Of a stretch of DNA of 15,015 bases, positions 9,786 to 15,015 are shown piece by piece. The stretch lies in contig CAYUTF010000067.1 of assembly GCA_964447495.1 (NCBI GenBank), positions 1-15,015 on the forward strand. Direction: 5' to 3'. Origin of the DNA: an uncultured archaeon (GTDB taxonomy: Archaea; Asgardarchaeota; Lokiarchaeia; Sigyniarchaeales; SOKP01). Numbering within the stretch: position 1 is the stretch's first letter; the number at the start of each line of letters is the position of its first letter. Under the pieces are notes generated by a model, which saw only the letters and a list, made by a program, of their open reading frames with translations, had not been told where the DNA came from and did no database searches. The translations under genes were made by a program, and so were the position numbers.

Positions 9786-9909
9786 TCCCCTCCGCCGGCT
9801 AGTCCATCATAACTCAAGCATTATGATTTTTGATCCAGAGACATCTCGGTTTCGGCTGACGTATTGTCATCGGCATCATGCCTTAATACGCGATTATATC
9901 TACAGTTGA
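9786..9909 (-). pseudogene. Degenerate 3' copy of tRNA-Tyr(GUA), from the anticodon arm to the discriminator, with an anticodon-intron homolog and a 29-nt T-loop insertion
   Basis: Aligns to 10741-10843: tcccctccgccggct, ttgatccag.gacatctcggt, ttcggctgacg and ctacag are shared. It has no recognisable 5' acceptor strand or D-arm and no CCA. It carries an 8-nt deletion at the 3' splice site, G49>U, and anticodon-stem GG>AA. Weak similarity may extend to about 9933. Confidence 0.85.
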
Positions 9910-9937
9910 ATTATATATATTGCAAGTGGTCTCAAAT

Positions 9938-10651
9938 TTAATTCATAAATATTAGCAATTTACCATATTTACCTATTCCTTTATTCCTTTTATCAGTAAA
10001 GATATTTATCAGGCTTAGGTTAATTTGCTTAAGGTCTCTCCTAATTTTTTGCATATTAAAAATCCATTTCATTGGTTTGACTATATAAATAAATTTGGCA
10101 ACCTCCTCTCTAGAACCAATAGATAATCTATATGAACTTTGTTTGCTCTTATCATTAATTCTTAATTTCGAAGTTTTTATTTTTAATCCATCGCAAATTT
10201 CTTTGAAATTCATTACTAATGGGACTGAGCTACTTTTAAAATTTATATTTATTGATTTATTTGACTTATTAACAAAAATCGAACCATCAGTATCAATTAA
10301 TCCTCTTAAACAGGAAACTGAATAATCTTTATTATTTTTTATCCATAAAGGAATCCCAACTTGATTTTTGACTTTATTTCCCGCATGCAATCCTTTAGTT
10401 TGCAAAAATTTTACAATTTCCTTATTAAAGTATCTCAATTCTAAGTTTTTGCTATCATTTTTGATATTTACCTTTGGTTTTATTTTGAAAATTCTAAATA
10501 GAAGATTCTCAACATAATCAACATATCTGGGACTGTCTATTCTATTAATAGAAATATCTAATATATAATGCCTACCAGAATCATAAATATTGCCATCACC
10601 TAAAATAATTCCTATAAGTTCAGCAAAGTAGATACCTTCTCTGACTTCCAT
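9938..10651 (-). CDS. Free-standing two-motif LAGLIDADG (DOD-type) homing endonuclease
   Basis: Motif 1 is FAELIGIILGDG and motif 2 is CLRGLIDTDG, both with the acidic catalytic residue. The GNKVK...IPLWI linker is typical. No intein splicing residues are visible. Confidence 0.9.
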   Translation of the reverse strand: MEVREGIYFAELIGIILGDGNIYDSGRHYILDISINRIDSPRYVDYVENLLFRIFKIKPKVNIKNDSKNLELRYFNKEIVKFLQTKGLHAGNKVKNQVGIPLWIKNNKDYSVSCLRGLIDTDGSIFVNKSNKSININFKSSSVPLVMNFKEICDGLKIKTSKLRINDKSKQSSYRLSIGSREEVAKFIYIVKPMKWIFNMQKIRRDLKQINLSLINIFTDKRNKGIGKYGKLLIFMN

Positions 10652-10776
10652 AATAATTGAAATTTCAAACGAGTTAAAAATTAATACTCTCTAAAAGTTA
10701 ATAGATTTATCAATTATCGAATAGTATAATAAGGTAGTGGTCCCCTCCGCCGGCTTTGATCCAGCGACATCTCGGT

Positions 10777-10833
10777 ACCTGCGTTTCGGCTGACGCAAAG
10801 TCATCGACAGAGTGTCTCAATGCGCGAAAAACT
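10777..10833 (-). other. 57-nt canonical (37/38) tRNA intron with a BHB motif
   Basis: TCGG[CTGT]AG|A-GTTT...AAAC[GCAG]GT|A-CCGA gives a 4-bp central helix, two 3-nt bulges and flanking helices. Confidence 0.92.
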
Positions 10834-10843
10834 CTACAGCCGA

Positions 10844-10873
10844 TTGAGTCATTTAAAAACAAATTTTAAAAGT
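10844..10873 (-). other. 30-nt non-canonical (27/28) tRNA intron with a relaxed BHB
   Basis: [GAGC]AC|A...TTTAAAA-loop-TTTTAAA...[ACTC]AA|T has 3 of 4 central pairs. Removing it restores the CTCGG/CCGAG anticodon stem. Confidence 0.85.
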
Positions 10874-10922
10874 GTGCTCTTCCAGGCTGAGCTAGGAGGG
10901 GATGATAACTTTTATTGTTATA

Positions 10923-10930
10923 TTTTTAAA
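10923..10930 (-). promoter_or_regulatory. TATA box candidate for tRNA-Tyr
   Basis: Minus-strand TTTAAAAA about 22-29 nt upstream of the tRNA 5' end. The AT-rich background limits certainty. Confidence 0.5.
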
Positions 10931-11189
10931 TTTACGAATTAATATAATTTTTACGATTTTTGGACCTCTCTTCCTTTCTATATAGAATTTTAACCTATAA
11001 AACCCACATTTTTCAATAATACAATCTTCTCACTTTTATTAATATGTTCTAATACATATGTGAAAAACTCAAATTATCACAATATTTTTTAAAGAAAACT
11101 CAAACTAGTTATGTAATAAAAAATTTTAATACACATTATTTTTATTAAGATTACATTCTCAATATCAAAACAATGGAGTAGAATTTGTA

Positions 11190-11699
11190 ATGAGAGAAGA
11201 AACTGATTATACTGAGGCAATTGAAGCGTATAAGGACGATGAATACGTAATTATCGAGCCGTGGGGCAGAAGTATTGACCATTTACGGCTTACTATCATA
11301 GGAAAAGAGGGTACTCCTTACGGAAAAGGAAGATTTGTGTTTGAAATCAAATTCCCAGAAAACTATCCGTTCCAACCGCCCTATGCTTACGCAGTAACCC
11401 TCATGTGGCATCCAAACATTGATTCTTCCATCCCACCCGGCAAGTTAAATATTTGTCTTGATTTAATTAATCCTGACTTAGTCGGTAAAGTAGATGCCTC
11501 CACTGGCGCTTCTGGTTGGACACCATCAAAAACACTTACAAATATTATTGAAGCCTTGAAAGGGATGATGCATGTCGAGCCTCCCTTCTTTAATCCGGGA
11601 GATCCATTAAATCACGAAGCGGGAGAACAATATTTCAGAGCTCTAAAGAAGTTTGAAGCCAAGGCAGAATCTTGGACTAAGAAATATGCCTGTGATTAA
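11190..11699 (+). CDS. Ubiquitin-conjugating enzyme E2 (UBC fold)
   Basis: GTPYGKG.F, FPENYPFQPP, WHPNI, catalytic Cys in NICLD, GWTP, DPLNHEA and WTKKYA. GGAG RBS upstream. Confidence 0.95.
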   Translation: MREETDYTEAIEAYKDDEYVIIEPWGRSIDHLRLTIIGKEGTPYGKGRFVFEIKFPENYPFQPPYAYAVTLMWHPNIDSSIPPGKLNICLDLINPDLVGKVDASTGASGWTPSKTLTNIIEALKGMMHVEPPFFNPGDPLNHEAGEQYFRALKKFEAKAESWTKKYACD

Positions 11700-11918
11700 G
11701 GGAGATTAAAGAGTTTTTTATTTACTTCTTTTTATTTTAATATAATTAATATATATTGGTATCTTTAACTCTATTTGCTGAAAAAGTCTATAGATGTTAC
11801 TGATTAATTTGATCTGGAATGTTAAAAATTCCAATTTCACAAAAAGAATTATAACTAAAACTTAATTTTAATTTAAAATTATGAAATATGATCATAATTG
11901 AGAACTAATTGAAATAAC

Positions 11919-12530
11919 ATGAGTAAAGAATTTAAGTTCTTAAAAAAAAAAAAAGTTATTATCTTTGACTTAGATGGCACTGTTGTGAATTTAACTGCAG
12001 ATTGGCCCACCTTGAAGAATATATTAAGAGAACGGTATAATCAATTATATGATGATTCTTGTGAGTTTCGAAGTATGTCCGCATGTTTGAGTGAAATCTT
12101 AGAAAAAGAGGATGAAGAAGTCCTCCAAAATTTTTTTGATATAATCCGGACATTTGAGATGAAAAATATCCATGAAACGACTCCAATTGACGAAATTGTC
12201 TACTTTATTAAACATAAAGAGCATTTTGGTATAAAGAGGGAGATTAAACTTGCAATCTTATCCCTCAATACCCGAGTGACTATAAAAAAGTCCTTAAAAT
12301 TAGCAGAACTTGAGGACCGATTTGATCTAATTATTGGGAGAGAAGATGTAAGGCGATGGAAACCGGAACCTGAAGGCTTAATTAAAATTAAAGAATATTT
12401 CGGCGTTAAAGAACGGGATATGATTTTTTTTGGAGATTTAGAGAATGATATAAAAGCAGGGAGAAGTGCTGGAATCGATGCATATTACATTGATGTGCTT
12501 ATAAATCTTGTAAAGAACTATATAAATTAG
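11919..12530 (+). CDS. HAD superfamily hydrolase (phosphoglycolate phosphatase-like)
   Basis: IFDLDGT, LSLN, KPEP, FFGD..ND and AG motifs. Confidence 0.9.
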   Translation: MSKEFKFLKKKKVIIFDLDGTVVNLTADWPTLKNILRERYNQLYDDSCEFRSMSACLSEILEKEDEEVLQNFFDIIRTFEMKNIHETTPIDEIVYFIKHKEHFGIKREIKLAILSLNTRVTIKKSLKLAELEDRFDLIIGREDVRRWKPEPEGLIKIKEYFGVKERDMIFFGDLENDIKAGRSAGIDAYYIDVLINLVKNYIN

Positions 12531-12577
12531 TATATTAATTCTAAATAAAATAGTCATATACTCCTTTTGATATTACT

Positions 12578-13333
12578 ATGATACGTTTTTGGGAATGGTT
12601 AAGGAAAGTTTTTCCGTGGTTTGTTAGATATTATAATCGTTTTGAACTGCAGGGCTTAAAAAATTTGCCAAAGAAGGGAAGTGCGATTATAGCCCCAAAT
12701 CACTCTGGAGGTTTAGATTATGATAATTTCACGTTAATGAGCGCTTTAGACCAATTCAAGTCATCCAATCCACAACGAAAAAGAATCTGGTTGTGTTATT
12801 GGGATTATTGGTCCATTGGAGATAATCCATGGTCTAAATGGGTTCAAAAATTCTCACCAATCCCAATTAGTCTCGAAGGAAAGGGGATTCCTTATAAATT
12901 AGTGGATAAACTTGTGGAGAAAGGAGAGCTATTAGCAATTATGCCAGAAGGCCATTCTGCAGCGATATATGAAGGATATCGGCTCTGGAAGTTTTATCCG
13001 GGTGTAATTCAACTCCACTTGCGATATAAAATCCCAATTATTCCAACTGCAAGTATTGGTTTTGTCACGACATCTCCTATGATAACCAATCGCTACAAAC
13101 CTAAAAAAGTGCCTCCATGGGATAAAGAACTTATGGTACCCTTAATATTACCGAAAAAACTCATCTTTCATTTTGGAAAACCTCTCATGTTTGAGGAATA
13201 TTTTGATAAGGAAGTTTCTAAAAATGAAATGTATGAATTAGCAAGCAAAGTTAGAATTGAAGTAAAAAAGCTGATTTCAAACTATTATAAAGATGTAAGT
13301 TGGACTCATCCTTATGGAATAAAGAGAAAATAG
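12578..13333 (+). CDS. Lysophospholipid/glycerolipid acyltransferase (PlsC/LPLAT superfamily, MGAT-like)
   Basis: IIAPNHSGGLDYD, IMPEG, IPIIP and FHFGKP motifs. Confidence 0.85.
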   Translation: MIRFWEWLRKVFPWFVRYYNRFELQGLKNLPKKGSAIIAPNHSGGLDYDNFTLMSALDQFKSSNPQRKRIWLCYWDYWSIGDNPWSKWVQKFSPIPISLEGKGIPYKLVDKLVEKGELLAIMPEGHSAAIYEGYRLWKFYPGVIQLHLRYKIPIIPTASIGFVTTSPMITNRYKPKKVPPWDKELMVPLILPKKLIFHFGKPLMFEEYFDKEVSKNEMYELASKVRIEVKKLISNYYKDVSWTHPYGIKRK

Positions 13334-13335
13334 AC

Positions 13336-14919
13336 TTACATATATGTTATAACAACATTATATTTCTTTATTTCAGACTCCAATTTTGCTTTACCTAAAG
13401 GTGTAAGAATAATGATATCGTTATTCTTTATCTTTAAAGTATTTAACTTGACATTTGGATCTTTCATTGAAGGCATATATGGATTCCAATACAATTCTTT
13501 TGTAACAGGATTAGTGATCATCCATAGTATTGGTTCAATATCATGACCAATAATTCGCATAGCTTTAAAGATATATCCAATATCTGCATCAAACGGAACA
13601 GCCAGTTGTATATTCTCCTCGCCTTCAATATTTCCACAAGCTAAGCAATCTTCTCTTTTTACAATAACTAAATGATCAAATTGACCATAGACTCCATTAT
13701 AATTTACATAGGGAGGATCCATTGGTGGACCTATATTTCTTCCGTGTAACCTAAATAATAATTTTAATGCTTCTTGAGACTGAATGCTTGAAATAATAGA
13801 ACTTACCGATTGAATGGCAGCAATCTTATTTCCCAAGATATTCTCCATTTCTTCAAATTTAAAATCCTCACCGAATGTTTCTTTGATATTATCTTTCCAT
13901 TCTAAAATTTCATCTTGAGTTAGCGTCTCTAATTTCTCGGGAGGGACATTTTCATTAAACACTCTTATTCGTAATTCTTCGAGTTCCTTCTGTGCGAGAT
14001 TCTTCAATTTGAACACATCTTCATCCACACTCATATCCGGCTTAAATCCATATTCTTTCTCAAAAGTCACTTCTGCTTTGATAACGCAATGATTTCTATT
14101 CCGTGGAAGACCTTTTAGAGTACATGCTGCCACCAATTTATCATCAGCAGGAGGAATTGGTACCAAACATCGATAACAGGGAGTTAAATCTAAGACTTTT
14201 TTAGCATACTTATTTTCAAATTCAGTTTCGATTTGTTTTCTTATTTGGTTTTTAACAGGATCAATATGGTTAATTTTTATTCTCTCAATCTGATCCTCTA
14301 ACCTATCAATTTCATTTAACGCTTCAAAATAGGTAGGATAATCATTTTCTGTAATGTTCCAAAGTTTCTGTTCCACTAAATTTTCAATTTCATTTTCTTT
14401 ACTTTTATATGCTAAACCCGAACCCTCGGGTATAATTATTTGAACATGACCTTCAAAACCAACGGTATCTCCTTCCACCATTGGCTTTTTTAACCGTAAA
14501 CAGATTTTGTTTAGATCTAAGCGAGCATTAAAATTATCAAGAGCAGCAATTATCACGTCTGCCTCTTCAAATACCGACATAGGTAATTTCTGTAATTTTT
14601 CAAAATGGAAATCAATTTGTACAAAGGGATTCATCTCTTTTAATCGTTCTGCGGCTACCTCTGCTTTTGGTCGTCCCTCATCACCAGGTTTGAAAAGCAT
14701 CTGTCGAGATAGATTTGAGGTTTCCACCGTATCTAAATCAACTAAGACCAGTTTCTTAATTCCCATTAAGGCGAAATCTTTAGCTATTTCACATCCAAGC
14801 GCTCCAACACCCACTATCATGATGCAGCCCTTATCCATGATTTCTTGATCCCATCCATCAATCAATTGTTGACGGGCAAACATTCTTGCTTTAAAGATGT
14901 GCTCATTATTTTCAGTCAT
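13336..14919 (-). CDS. Ubiquitin/UBL-activating enzyme E1 (ThiF family, UBA3/UBA2-like)
   Basis: VGVGALG, D.D.VETSNLSRQ.LF, KAEVA, ALDN..AR, Zn-binding CYRC and CLAC, catalytic segment CTLKGLPRNRNHC, and a probable C-terminal ubiquitin-fold domain. Confidence 0.92.
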   Translation of the reverse strand: MTENNEHIFKARMFARQQLIDGWDQEIMDKGCIMIVGVGALGCEIAKDFALMGIKKLVLVDLDTVETSNLSRQMLFKPGDEGRPKAEVAAERLKEMNPFVQIDFHFEKLQKLPMSVFEEADVIIAALDNFNARLDLNKICLRLKKPMVEGDTVGFEGHVQIIIPEGSGLAYKSKENEIENLVEQKLWNITENDYPTYFEALNEIDRLEDQIERIKINHIDPVKNQIRKQIETEFENKYAKKVLDLTPCYRCLVPIPPADDKLVAACTLKGLPRNRNHCVIKAEVTFEKEYGFKPDMSVDEDVFKLKNLAQKELEELRIRVFNENVPPEKLETLTQDEILEWKDNIKETFGEDFKFEEMENILGNKIAAIQSVSSIISSIQSQEALKLLFRLHGRNIGPPMDPPYVNYNGVYGQFDHLVIVKREDCLACGNIEGEENIQLAVPFDADIGYIFKAMRIIGHDIEPILWMITNPVTKELYWNPYMPSMKDPNVKLNTLKIKNNDIIILTPLGKAKLESEIKKYNVVITYM

Positions 14920-15015
14920 TTAAATCAAATACCGGTTTTTTATTGTAATATAATATATACTATCATTTTATCCAAATTTAAATTCTTTCAGTGCCAACCA
15001 CTAAAGAATTCTAAA

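Larger units (their letters stand above)
9785..10843 (-). mobile_element. Putative tRNA-Tyr-associated homing endonuclease element bounded by imperfect direct repeats of the tRNA 3' part
   Basis: The repeats at 9785-9909 and 10740-10843 lie about 0.95 kb apart and enclose only the LAGLIDADG gene. Confidence 0.55.
10738..10901 (-). tRNA. tRNA-Tyr(GUA) with two introns: exon 1 10901-10874, intron 10873-10844, exon 2 10843-10834, intron 10833-10777, exon 3 10776-10738 (encoded CCA)
   Basis: Spliced sequence: CCCCTCC TA GCTC AGCCTGGAA GAGC A C|TCGG CT GTA G|A CCGAG ATGTC GCTGG ATCAAAG CCGGC GGAGGGG A CCA. This is a complete cloverleaf. C1-G72, A73 and the short variable loop are archaeal/eukaryotic Tyr identity elements. 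Confidence 0.95.

Noticed and set aside
10095-10325. 76-aa plus-strand ORF
   Set aside because: Antisense shadow inside the LAGLIDADG gene.
9938-10651. Intein or group I intron host for the nuclease
   Set aside because: No extein, no Cys/Ser start or His-Asn end, an in-frame stop 14 codons upstream, and no recognisable group I core.
10782-10807. Hammerhead-like CGAUGA...CGAAAC in the tRNA intron
   Set aside because: The core is UCGAUGA, not CUGANGA, and the stems do not fit. The K-turn, guide and BHB explain these bases.
9786-10833. LAGLIDADG lying inside one giant tRNA intron spliced to the distal 3' half
   Set aside because: The proximal 3' exon is complete with a good BHB and CCA. The distal copy has lost its splice-site helix and has a T-stem mismatch.
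11959-12186. 75-aa minus-strand ORF
   Set aside because: Antisense shadow inside the HAD gene.
14507-14848. 113-aa plus-strand ORF
   Set aside because: Antisense shadow of the conserved E1 adenylation domain.

Overview
AT-rich archaeal DNA, most likely from an Asgard archaeon (Lokiarchaeia-like). This is inferred from a eukaryote-type E1 (UBA3/UBA2-like) and E2 together with a PDCD5-like protein, archaeal TATA/RBS signals and a BHB-intron tRNA. Other genes include a CoiA-like PD-(D/E)xK nuclease, an HDAC/AcuC deacetylase, a Gfo/Idh/MocA oxidoreductase, a divergently split Ni/Co ECF transporter (MN | QO), a HAD hydrolase and an acyltransferase. The standout locus is 9785-10901, whose RNA elements are not in the ORF track. 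On the minus strand it holds an intact tRNA-Tyr(GUA) with two introns and a 10-nt middle exon, then a free-standing two-motif LAGLIDADG endonuclease, then a diverged second copy of the tRNA-Tyr 3' part with a different intron set. This looks like a minimal, integrase-free, tRNA-targeting homing element. Comparing the two copies shows covariation, which supports the anticodon intron folding into a cis-acting, K-turn-bearing H/ACA-like pocket aimed at the tRNA's own U35. All calls come from reading the sequence by eye; no database searches were run.
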